44,102 nucleotides of DNA from a virus: UHGV virus genome UHGV-0016039. One strand, given 5' to 3'. Position 1 is the stretch's first letter; every line of letters begins with the position of its first letter. The notes below the pieces were generated by a model. It searched no databases, was not told the DNA's origin, and saw only the letters and a list, made by a program, of their open reading frames with translations. Shown in pieces: positions 36,642 to 44,102 of the stretch. The translations under genes and the position numbers were made by a program.

Positions 36642-37780
36642 TTCAACATTTCCGGGCTAATGGTTAAGCGCGCTACTTCGCCGTAGTTGGCGCTATAGGT
36701 GATGACGTTTGCACTGCGACCGGACATCCAACCGCCACGGCTTGCATATGCATCTTTCGCGGCAAGCGTCCGGTGCTGTTCAACAATCATGTTGCGGGAT
36801 TCAACAATCTTCTGGTGGTGCAAGTGGCCTACGTGCGCGTAGCTGTACTCACTTGACCCGAAAGCCTGTCTGAATTTAGAAATCATGACAGGCTCGATGG
36901 CGTCAAATCGTGCTTTATGTCCGTGGTGGAAGAACAGCGTTGTTTTACCGTGCTGCACCATTTTGTAGACGTCCGGGGATGTGTCCACATCAACGCGCGG
37001 CTCGTTCTCGTACAGGGTATTGAACATCTCAGCCAGCCAAATCATACCGGACTCGTCATGATTACCCTGGACGATTAGTAGTTTGACCTTATGGTGTTTT
37101 TGCAGCGCCAGTTCAACCACGTTTCGCACCATGCGAATCATGTAGCGGACCAACTTCTGGTAGCGGGTATCGGCATCCAGTACGTGACCGCTGGCAGGGG
37201 TAACGGCATCGAGGCTGTCAAAGTGGGCCATATCACCGAGGATATTGATTACGGCAGTGCCCGCGTCCGGCGCGCGTGCGAAGGCTTCGACAAACCAGCG
37301 GTAGAACAGGTCTTCGGCGATTGCCATATCCCAGTCCTCGCCAGTCTCCTCGCCCCATGCCAACATGCCCAGGTGGAAGTCTGACACGGTGTACAGGTTG
37401 AGCAAATCAAGCGCCTGGATCGGTACTGGCGAGGCTTTTACTGGCGCTGCCGGTGTGATTTCGCTGTTCATACCCTCGACAACAGCGCGCATAGCTTCAA
37501 GCTGGCGCTCCTTGTCCTGCTCAGTGATGACCCAGGACATGACCTCTTCGCCATTGCCGCGCACCAGGGCCGATACGCGCTTAACCCCAAAGCCATCGGC
37601 AACTCGCTTGCGGATTACGGCATCGTTGCCGTGTCCAATGCCTTTTTTCGCCAGGCGGGCTTTCCGCATATAGACATTGCGTAGGGCAATCCCGTATTTC
37701 TTCGCAATATCTTTCGAGGTAGTGCCGGATTGTAATTCAGCAATCAATTGCTCGTCTGTGATTTTAGTTTGCGGGTGCAT
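36638..37780 (-). CDS. calcineurin-like metallophosphoesterase (SbcD/Mre11-like motifs) with N-terminal HTH
   Basis: VSDFHLG, GDMAHFD, GNHDE, HHGH motifs; N-terminal TTSKDIAKKYGIALRNVYMRKARL; ATG 37780 with AGGAAG. Confidence 0.7.
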   Translation of the reverse strand: MHPQTKITDEQLIAELQSGTTSKDIAKKYGIALRNVYMRKARLAKKGIGHGNDAVIRKRVADGFGVKRVSALVRGNGEEVMSWVITEQDKERQLEAMRAVVEGMNSEITPAAPVKASPVPIQALDLLNLYTVSDFHLGMLAWGEETGEDWDMAIAEDLFYRWFVEAFARAPDAGTAVINILGDMAHFDSLDAVTPASGHVLDADTRYQKLVRYMIRMVRNVVELALQKHHKVKLLIVQGNHDESGMIWLAEMFNTLYENEPRVDVDTSPDVYKMVQHGKTTLFFHHGHKARFDAIEPVMISKFRQAFGSSEYSYAHVGHLHHQKIVESRNMIVEQHRTLAAKDAYASRGGWMSGRSANVITYSANYGEVARLTISPEMLK

Positions 37781-37813
37781 ATTAATTAACTTCCTGGTTA
37801 TTGGTCCGAGGAC

Positions 37814-37837
37814 AATATACCACGGTCCCAAGTCAAG
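37814..37837 (-). promoter_or_regulatory. possible extended -10 promoter (TGgTATATT) for phosphoesterase gene
   Basis: rc of 37814-37822 is TGGTATATT; TTGACT-like -35 only 11 bp upstream. Confidence 0.3.
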
Positions 37838-37839
37838 AA

Positions 37840-37867
37840 ATAAAAAAGCCCGGAATTAACCGGGCTT
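37840..37867 (-). terminator. rho-independent terminator ending lysis-region transcript
   Basis: agcccgg-aattaa-ccgggct followed by tttttt on - strand. Confidence 0.55.
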
Positions 37868-37873
37868 GTTAGT

Positions 37874-38035
37874 TTACTCTTCTGGCTCTGCAGGCGGTGG
37901 CGGACTCGGCAGCTTCGCGTCAAAGACGCCTGCATGGCTGATAGTGTCCGCGATGATAGCGCGTGCGCCAGGGTCTTCGGTTTTAGCCAGCGCGGCGAGC
38001 GCGTCAGCGTTATGATCAAGAATGCTTTTTAACAT
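37874..38035 (-). CDS. small hypothetical protein (53 aa, Pro-rich C-terminus)
   Basis: ATG 38035 preceded by GAGGT; read by hand, below ORF-track cutoff. Confidence 0.35.
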   Translation of the reverse strand: MLKSILDHNADALAALAKTEDPGARAIIADTISHAGVFDAKLPSPPPPAEPEE

Positions 38036-38051
38036 ACTGTGTTACCTCGTA

Positions 38052-38543
38052 TTATGCTGCGTTACGCCCGATTCGCTCGGCAACGTCCCACTGCTTACCA
38101 TCAAACAACGCCTGTCTGCCGATTGCACGGCGTACAAGACCCTTCAGCACTTCCCCGCCTTGCTTGCGGAACTGCGGCAGAGTAGTACGGACCTTCGCCC
38201 AGTCTCCCAGTCGCACCGCGTCATCGAAATCATTCGCGACGTCATCCGGTACGATCGGGCCAGGACCGGCATTGATTACCAGGTCCACCAGCGCATCGAA
38301 TTGCGCCTGATTGATACTAGGGTGTGCGTACTTGTTCACCCAGTTCTCGGCATATGCCACATCTCGCTTGAGCAGTTCCAGCGCTTCCGCGCGGGTAATG
38401 CTCCGCGGCGGGTTCGTGCCTGTATGCCCATAGCCCCAGGTGTACAGGCCGCGGGCCTGCTCTTTCTTAGTCGCGAAATACGGCACTGGGCTGAATTGCT
38501 CCCATGCTGCCGTAAATCTTAGACCGTTGTCACTGAATCGCAT
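38052..38543 (-). CDS. endolysin, GH24 lysozyme-like
   Basis: N-terminal SDNGL..E.F...PY....GLYTWGYGHTG pattern typical of P22/T4-type lysozymes. Confidence 0.78.
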   Translation of the reverse strand: MRFSDNGLRFTAAWEQFSPVPYFATKKEQARGLYTWGYGHTGTNPPRSITRAEALELLKRDVAYAENWVNKYAHPSINQAQFDALVDLVINAGPGPIVPDDVANDFDDAVRLGDWAKVRTTLPQFRKQGGEVLKGLVRRAIGRQALFDGKQWDVAERIGRNAA

Positions 38544-38775
38544 GTTTTACCCCATTCAAAACAGCATTACGCAGCGTGCGCAATGCAAACAGCCAGATTA
38601 ACGCGGTCCAGGTGGCGTCAGATACGTCTCCCGTTTGCAACAGACCGACAATACAGGTCATTGCCGTTAGCAGATATAACACCCGACCGAAGAAGCCATC
38701 CTGGACGGACGGCGCATACACGTTAAACAGGGACGACGCCCCGATAATCACAAACAACAGGACGGTGATAATCAT
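38530..38775 (-). CDS. small membrane protein (holin/antiholin-like, ~3 TM)
   Basis: hydrophobic segments; ATGA overlap with upstream holin. Confidence 0.5.
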   Translation of the reverse strand: MIITVLLFVIIGASSLFNVYAPSVQDGFFGRVLYLLTAMTCIVGLLQTGDVSDATWTALIWLFALRTLRNAVLNGVKHAIQ

Positions 38776-39062
38776 TTTGCGCCCCCCGGAAGGTGTAGCG
38801 TCGCAATTGTCTCCCGGATCCGGTCAGCGATTGGCATCCAGAAGATGGCAGTTACGAAGCCCAAACCGGCAACAGTGCGCTCACCAGACAAACCAGACCA
38901 CTCGGCAATAGCTGGTGCCCCAAATATGGCACACAGGAAGCCAACAACGACATATAAAACGAAGTTCAACGGCCCTTTCGTTGCCTCGCCATGAATGCGT
39001 GCGCCTACGAATCCACCAGCAAGACACGCAAGGGCGAATAACCACTCGTTAAGCTTATCCAT
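38772..39062 (-). CDS. putative holin (3 TM segments)
   Basis: 96 aa with three hydrophobic helices; immediately upstream of endolysin cassette. Confidence 0.6.
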   Translation of the reverse strand: MDKLNEWLFALACLAGGFVGARIHGEATKGPLNFVLYVVVGFLCAIFGAPAIAEWSGLSGERTVAGLGFVTAIFWMPIADRIRETIATLHLPGGAK

Positions 39063-39096
39063 AAAAAAGTCCCAGTAAGTTTTATCTCACTGGGAC
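39063..39096 (-). terminator. hairpin plus T6 directly 5' of holin start codon
   Basis: perfect 9-bp stem agtcccagt/actgggact; T-run on - strand abuts ATG 39062. Confidence 0.5.
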
Positions 39097-39114
39097 TATA
39101 TCACGCTTGCATAA

Positions 39115-39402
39115 TTAATCGAAAATGGACCACTTGCCGACGCCTTTCCACTCCCACCCGGATGATCGGACGGCTTCGAATGTTCGCCCGCCTATCATAT
39201 CCCGATACCACAGCCACCACATGCGCAACCTGGTCGGGTGCTCCGCGATTCCACGGCGCTTGTATATCTCGAACGTCATGCGGGTAATGCTGGCGGCTTC
39301 CACCGCGGGCCAAATCAGGAAGACCCACACCAACAGCGCCAGCACCGCAACAAAGAGTGACGCGCACCCCAATCCAAACCAATAAATCACATCGTGTAAC
39401 AT
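39115..39402 (-). CDS. membrane protein (95 aa)
   Basis: ATG 39402 preceded by AGAGGGGG; hydrophobic N-terminus. Confidence 0.5.
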   Translation of the reverse strand: MLHDVIYWFGLGCASLFVAVLALLVWVFLIWPAVEAASITRMTFEIYKRRGIAEHPTRLRMWWLWYRDMIGGRTFEAVRSSGWEWKGVGKWSIFD

Positions 39403-39527
39403 CGAATTGCCCCCTCTGGTTTGCCGATATGGCGCGCCCATGCACGCGCCACGAAGTAATTGCGGAACACTCGCCCGCCTATCTCAAAGCGGTTATGCAC
39501 CAACAAATCACGGATAGTTGCGCTCAT
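39387..39527 (-). CDS. small hypothetical protein (46 aa)
   Basis: ATGA overlap with upstream gene stop; read by hand. Confidence 0.3.
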   Translation of the reverse strand: MSATIRDLLVHNRFEIGGRVFRNYFVARAWARHIGKPEGAIRCYTM

Positions 39528-40141
39528 TTCAGTATTACCGATTGCGGGTCGATGGCTGTCATGCTGCCGTCACGTTCGACACGGATGAATCCAACGCCAT
39601 ATTCCTGCGCGTGGCGCTGTGCATTCGTCACGGCATCAAAGCGATTGACTATCTCTCGCGTGGCCTGGCGGATCGGCTCCATCACTTTGCTCGCGTCGTA
39701 GGAGGCATACGCGGGCTGCGACTTGCGGAACTCGACGCGCGTCTTCTGTGCAACCTCACGCGTTACGCGGTTAACGGCGTCCACTATGGCGTTCGCTTGC
39801 TCATGCGGCCGGCGATCACGGAGGCTGTATTTGCGCCCCACGCGCTCGTAGTGGATTAGCCCGAAGTACGACATACCCGCTACGCCATCCTTGCGGTTCT
39901 GCATACGCAGGCCATGAAGCCCGACATACTCGACGACCCACATACTACCGTCGCGAATATCACGCAGCACATCGCCGCGCTCAATATCGTGTGTGAGAAT
40001 ATCGCAGTCTTCATGCAGCTTGTCTTTCTTCGCCCACCACACCCGATTTCCTGCCGCGTTTTGCAAGCGTACGTGTGAATCCAGGGTCTGTATCGGCTTC
40101 AGGATGCGCCCGTCCGATTTGCGGCGGAATAGTAATTTCAT
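39524..40141 (-). CDS. hypothetical protein (205 aa)
   Basis: ATG 40141 preceded by GAGGAG. Confidence 0.6.
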   Translation of the reverse strand: MKLLFRRKSDGRILKPIQTLDSHVRLQNAAGNRVWWAKKDKLHEDCDILTHDIERGDVLRDIRDGSMWVVEYVGLHGLRMQNRKDGVAGMSYFGLIHYERVGRKYSLRDRRPHEQANAIVDAVNRVTREVAQKTRVEFRKSQPAYASYDASKVMEPIRQATREIVNRFDAVTNAQRHAQEYGVGFIRVERDGSMTAIDPQSVILK

Positions 40142-40281
40142 TGCTCAGTCTCCTCAATCTCATCGGCAGTTTTCGTGTCGGCATCGCATACCGTAGCGAT
40201 GCCGTCAATCTCATAATCTGCTAAGCAGGCATCAACAGAAATAAACTTCTGCGAGAATCCTGCCATTAGTGCTGGTGTCAT
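40138..40281 (-). CDS. small acidic hypothetical protein (47 aa)
   Basis: ATGA overlaps at both ends; GGAG upstream. Confidence 0.4.
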   Translation of the reverse strand: MTPALMAGFSQKFISVDACLADYEIDGIATVCDADTKTADEIEETEQ

Positions 40282-40547
40282 TTGCTCAGTCTCCAGTGTT
40301 TGCCTACCCGCTCAACGGCGGGCTTCCGGCGTAATGTAATACGTATTCCCATTGGTTGCAAGGAAGTCCGCACCCTGAAATCGTGTTGTGCTGCGAACTG
40401 GTGCAAGTAGCGAGTCTGCGTCAGTGGCTTTACATCATCGCGATAGCTCCAGTACACAGAATCGCCTTCAGTCGCATTCTTAGCCCATATTCGTATGCAG
40501 TGAAGGGGAATACGCCATGAAAGCTGTTTAGCGCGCCTACGGCTCAT
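40278..40547 (-). CDS. hypothetical basic protein (89 aa)
   Basis: ORF track; ATG 40547 with AAGGG. Confidence 0.5.
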   Translation of the reverse strand: MSRRRAKQLSWRIPLHCIRIWAKNATEGDSVYWSYRDDVKPLTQTRYLHQFAAQHDFRVRTSLQPMGIRITLRRKPAVERVGKHWRLSK

Positions 40548-40555
40548 TTTGGCCC

Positions 40556-40861
40556 TTATTTCGCAAGCTGGGCGAATAGTTCACGCTGGGCTTTAATCCG
40601 GGCGACGTTTGTCACTGCCGTCTCACCGATCCCGAAGCGATACGCCAGGCGCTCACTGGCAAAAGCCATCGCATATTCGCAGATTGCCACGCGCAGCGGT
40701 TCCAGTTCGTCCAGGCTGGCAAACATATCGTCGAACGCGTCCATGATTCCCTGCTGGGCCAGGATAACAACCTGGCGCGCGTCGTCTGCGTTGCCGTTTG
40801 TGTGCTTCGCTTCGTACAGCTTCGCCACCGCCATTGTGTAATTCCAGATTAATGCTCTCAT
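40556..40861 (-). CDS. hypothetical protein (101 aa)
   Basis: ATG 40861 preceded by GAGGAC; conserved promoter upstream. Confidence 0.55.
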   Translation of the reverse strand: MRALIWNYTMAVAKLYEAKHTNGNADDARQVVILAQQGIMDAFDDMFASLDELEPLRVAICEYAMAFASERLAYRFGIGETAVTNVARIKAQRELFAQLAK

Positions 40862-40889
40862 CGTTCAGTCCTCATATTGGTGTGCAACC

Positions 40890-40918
40890 AATATAGCCAG
40901 GTGCCAGGCTGAATGCAA
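40890..40918 (-). promoter_or_regulatory. sigma70-like promoter TTGCAT-17bp-TATATT (- strand) with overlapping palindrome ATTGGT-gtgc-AACCAAT
   Basis: rc of 40913-40918 is TTGCAT, rc of 40890-40895 is TATATT; palindrome 40875-40894. Confidence 0.5.
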
Positions 40919-41077
40919 CCAATATTAATCACGCGTATGAAAAAGTTGATCGCTATCTGCTGAATCTGCAAACCGCATTTTTCACTTTCCATTCTGCAAC
41001 TCGCATTGGTTGCCGAGTTCATCGACGACCGCAATTTGCATCATGTTGCCGTGCGGTATGCAATCCTGGATTTTATG

Positions 41078-41260
41078 CAGTCTCAGACGAGGGGGGTGCC
41101 AGACCCCCCGTCTAGTCTGAAAGACTGGGGTGCCGTCCCGCTGTCCCGCTCCTCTGGAAGCCGCGTCATCCGGGGCGGGACGGGGGTGCTGTCCCGCTTT
41201 GTCCCGCCTCTGGTCTGTCCCGCCTTTTGTCCCGCTTGTTTTATGCAGTAAAATTGCATA
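41078..41260. repeat. composite repeat copy B (hairpin, GTCCCGC iterons, ATGCA-N7-TGCAT palindrome)
   Basis: near-identical to 24618-24800 except for a 35-bp substituted core. Confidence 0.7.
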
Positions 41261-41341
41261 ACTATTCACTATATCCACACTACACGGCAACCAATGCGAC
41301 CGACTAAAAGCACTCAAAATGGCAACCAATGCGCGCAGAAT

Positions 41342-43606
41342 TTAGTCTTTTAAGTCGTCATCGGTCGCAGAAAGCGTGGTGGGTATATTCGTTTTGATGA
41401 CGATATTCGACGACCCATAGATGGCCCCGGTGTGTGGGTCTGTATAAAAGCCGAGTACGCCGCGCTCCACCATATCGTCGATTGCCTTCGTCGATGTGCC
41501 ACCTTTTGCCAATCCCGCCTGGCGGACAATTGCCGATTTACTGAATCCGGTATGGTCCGGGTTATCTTCCATCAGTTTTTCCAGCGCCGCATAAAGCACT
41601 TTCTCTTTTTCGTTGCGCGGGCCTGCGGCGTTCTCGTCCTTAACTGCTGCCTTGCCCGCGGACTTCGCCTGCTCAATGGCGAACGGTGCCAGGGCAACTG
41701 GTACGAGGTAGAGAGTCTCGTCGCGTGGCGTGGATGCGATTGGCTTGACGTCCCAACCGGCAACCACATCGCCGAAGTCCGGCCCGGTGCTGGTGGACTG
41801 GTGGGCTTCGAACGCTTCGGACTTGCGGAGATCCACCTTAACCTTGCACTTGAGCAGGACGAAGCCGCGTGGCGCTTGCTTGATGCCGTTACGTGCCTTT
41901 TCGTGATACAGGTTCAATTGGCCTGGTTGGTTGTCGTCCGGCTGTTCCAGGAAGAACGCGGAATCAACAGCACCATGAAGCGCGCCGGACCCGCGTGGCG
42001 TTCTGCTGCCGTTTGCACCTTTCGCCGGGTGGTGGATGACGCCCGCACTGCCGCCTGTATTTTCCGCAATGGCTTTCAGCGCTTTGACCACTTCACCCAT
42101 ATCGCTGGCGTTGTTCTCGTCAAACGGTTTAGCATCGGCGGACCGCAGCGCAACAGTCTGGTTGAGGGAGTCGAACGCCACCAGGCCCACCGGTTCGCCG
42201 TTAGCGGTGCGGTTGATGAAGCTGATAACTTCACGCAAGCCGGATTTGCTGGTGATATCCCAGCCGCGAGATTGCAGGTCGATAATGTGCAGCTTGTCCA
42301 GGTCGTGCTCATATTTGATCTGCAGTGCTTCCTTACGCTGGTTGGAGGCTTCGCCACCTTCCGCATCGAAATAGAAGTTGTGGCACTGGACGACCTTCGC
42401 CCCGCCAAACGGAATACCGGCAGATACTGACGCCATCTGGCCCAGCACGTAGAACGACTTGCCGATGTTCGACTCACCGGCGAGATACCAGGTCGATTTG
42501 AAGTTGACCAGGCCTTCGATGATCGGGTCGTGCTTACTGAACAGTGCGACCGGCTCGTTGTCCAGGTCTGCATCAGTACACACGCCGTACTCGTCGCCGT
42601 CGCCAACCGCATCAACGATATGTTCATAGCAGGATTCCACTTCCTCGTCGTCCAGTCCCGGAAGGATGGCGGCGATTTGCTTACGTGACATGTTGTGCGG
42701 TTCGACGTTCAGGTGGTCCGGGATCCCGATAAGACGTAGCGCCAGGTGCTGGTGTCTGTTCAGTTCGGAACAGCACTCGTTTCCGGTGTGCATACACTTG
42801 AAACGGATCTCGCCATCCTTGACCATGATAGCGGTGGACCCTTCGCCGCTGTGCAGGTGTTCGTTCGGGCACGGCACTTCATAGCCCCGACCGGACGACA
42901 GCGGTTCGAATCCTGCCTTGAAGCACCAATCCAGAATACCGTCCGCCACGCCGTCATCGCCCTGGGTCAGTTCGCGGCGGACTTCCTCTTTCTCAACTCC
43001 CAGCTTGTCCGCCAGGCGGAGCAGACGGCGGACGCGGGCGCGCTTGCCGTAGTGGCACTTAATAACAGACTGCTGGTGTGGCAGGTACATCAGGCGGTTT
43101 GTGTCTTTCGTGCAGTCGTCGAAGTCCACATCTGACAGGCCCAGTTGGTGTAATAGCGCATACTGGACACGCCCCAGGTCTTCAGCCGGTACAGGCTTGT
43201 CGGTCAACACCAGGAAGCGAGCGCAACGCGTTCCACCTTTCAGTGGGTGACGGTCGCCGGTTGTGGTGTGAAATACGTGTTCCAGACCCGAGTCAATGAA
43301 CGCCTTACGGCAGCGGCGTAGGGTGCGGGTGTCGGTACGGTCAATATCGAAGAACAGGATCGAGCGGTCCACCGCGCTGGTCTTGCGACGTAAGCCGTCA
43401 CTGGTATAAGCCACAATGCCATCGGCCTTACGCTTGCGGCGCGCATACTCCGCTTTATCTTCCGTCTTGTTGATATGCACCGAGGATATTTCTTTCGCAT
43501 CATTAATAAATTCGAAAAACTCATCAGTGGTCATCTGGAAGTTTTCCGCCCTGGCTTTTTCGCCTTTTTTAGCGGGTCTTGTTACTGCGAATTTAATTAA
43601 GCTCAT
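41342..43606 (-). CDS. DNA primase / RecA-like (DnaB/RepA-type) helicase fusion protein
   Basis: Walker A AGESNIGKS, Walker B-like VAFDSLNQ, Cys/His cluster, 754 aa. Confidence 0.8.
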   Translation of the reverse strand: MSLIKFAVTRPAKKGEKARAENFQMTTDEFFEFINDAKEISSVHINKTEDKAEYARRKRKADGIVAYTSDGLRRKTSAVDRSILFFDIDRTDTRTLRRCRKAFIDSGLEHVFHTTTGDRHPLKGGTRCARFLVLTDKPVPAEDLGRVQYALLHQLGLSDVDFDDCTKDTNRLMYLPHQQSVIKCHYGKRARVRRLLRLADKLGVEKEEVRRELTQGDDGVADGILDWCFKAGFEPLSSGRGYEVPCPNEHLHSGEGSTAIMVKDGEIRFKCMHTGNECCSELNRHQHLALRLIGIPDHLNVEPHNMSRKQIAAILPGLDDEEVESCYEHIVDAVGDGDEYGVCTDADLDNEPVALFSKHDPIIEGLVNFKSTWYLAGESNIGKSFYVLGQMASVSAGIPFGGAKVVQCHNFYFDAEGGEASNQRKEALQIKYEHDLDKLHIIDLQSRGWDITSKSGLREVISFINRTANGEPVGLVAFDSLNQTVALRSADAKPFDENNASDMGEVVKALKAIAENTGGSAGVIHHPAKGANGSRTPRGSGALHGAVDSAFFLEQPDDNQPGQLNLYHEKARNGIKQAPRGFVLLKCKVKVDLRKSEAFEAHQSTSTGPDFGDVVAGWDVKPIASTPRDETLYLVPVALAPFAIEQAKSAGKAAVKDENAAGPRNEKEKVLYAALEKLMEDNPDHTGFSKSAIVRQAGLAKGGTSTKAIDDMVERGVLGFYTDPHTGAIYGSSNIVIKTNIPTTLSATDDDLKD

Positions 43607-43616
43607 TGCCGTGGCC

Positions 43617-43946
43617 TTACTTAAAAGTTTTATTATTGCGTACCCAGGAGCGCACTGTGCTCTGATTAATTCCGGTCAACTCGGCAATCATCGCCCACGA
43701 TTTTCCCTCGTCGCGCAAACGTATAACCTGCTTTTTGTATTCTTCCATTTCTTCATTGTGCTTTTGCAGCTTGCTCGCGGCCGTGCCGTTGAGCAATTCC
43801 AGCCTGGCGCGTAATTCTTTCTCGACACTGCGCAGTCGTTCGATTTCAAATAACACCGCCCCCACGGCATCTGTATAAGCCCATGACCGGCTTGTCTCAC
43901 TGCAAACAGTCTTCGTTAACATTTCGATTGCGCCGTTTACATTCAT
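43617..43946 (-). CDS. HTH DNA-binding protein (109 aa)
   Basis: C-terminal HTH-like WAMIAELTGINQSTVRSWVRNN; ATG 43946 with GAGGG. Confidence 0.55.
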   Translation of the reverse strand: MNVNGAIEMLTKTVCSETSRSWAYTDAVGAVLFEIERLRSVEKELRARLELLNGTAASKLQKHNEEMEEYKKQVIRLRDEGKSWAMIAELTGINQSTVRSWVRNNKTFK

Positions 43947-44102
43947 TGCTCTGCCCTCAGTTGGTTAATGACCAACGAAACTACACCCAAAACCGCACGG
44001 TGTCAAATCCTTTGGATATTGAAACGGGCGCGCACGCGTGTAATAATAATTCCCGTCTCATTGTCTCTTATTGGTTAGCGCCGTCGCATTTTGCCTCGGC
44101 GC

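Noticed and set aside
37798-38019. 73-aa ORF on - strand from the ORF track
   Set aside because: Spans the terminator hairpin at 37840-37867 and has no RBS; the alternative frame 37874-38035 has a GAGGT RBS and ends before the terminator, so that one is preferred.
40982-41329. 115-aa ORF on - strand across composite repeat copy B
   Set aside because: Same reasoning as copy A; the open frame is likely incidental to a GC-rich repetitive element.
1-44102. tRNA genes, integrase, CI-like repressor, transposase/IS elements
   Set aside because: Searched for by eye (cloverleaf-like conserved stretches, recombinase motifs, terminal inverted repeats) and found none; absence cannot be proven without tRNAscan or profile searches.

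Overview
This 44.1 kb window reads as a contiguous piece of a tailed-phage genome (siphovirus-type, lambda-like tail-tip genes); all calls come from reading the sequence and ORF track by eye, with no database search. The left ~12.6 kb (+ strand) is an early/replication block: a sigma70-like promoter, an acidic lysine-rich repeat protein, a DUF2800-type PD-(D/E)XK nuclease, a DUF2815-type SSB-like protein, family A DNA polymerase, VRR-NUC nuclease, SNF2-type helicase, a minimal C5-methyltransferase-like protein, a degenerate HNH-like protein, Dam-type N6-adenine methyltransferase and a HAD-like phosphatase. After a bidirectional terminator at ~12.63 kb, the remaining ~31 kb is almost entirely on the - strand: tail fiber, J-I-K-L-M-tape measure tail-tip module, G/G-T tail chaperone with a -1 frameshift site, major tail protein, connector proteins, major capsid, scaffold, overlapped Rz/Rz1-like spanins, MuF-like protein, portal, terminase large/small, an HTH-metallophosphoesterase, a holin/endolysin cassette, several small genes, a primase-helicase and an HTH protein. 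Three things stand out: (1) two + strand insertions with their own promoters and terminators inside the late region (a lipoprotein operon between tail fiber and J, and a 254-aa gene between scaffold and spanins); (2) a ~180 bp composite repeat with GTCCCGC iterons present twice ~16.5 kb apart; (3) a 9-mer, TTGGTTGCA, found at least 11 times and concentrated at promoters. No integrase, repressor, tRNA or CRISPR array was seen.
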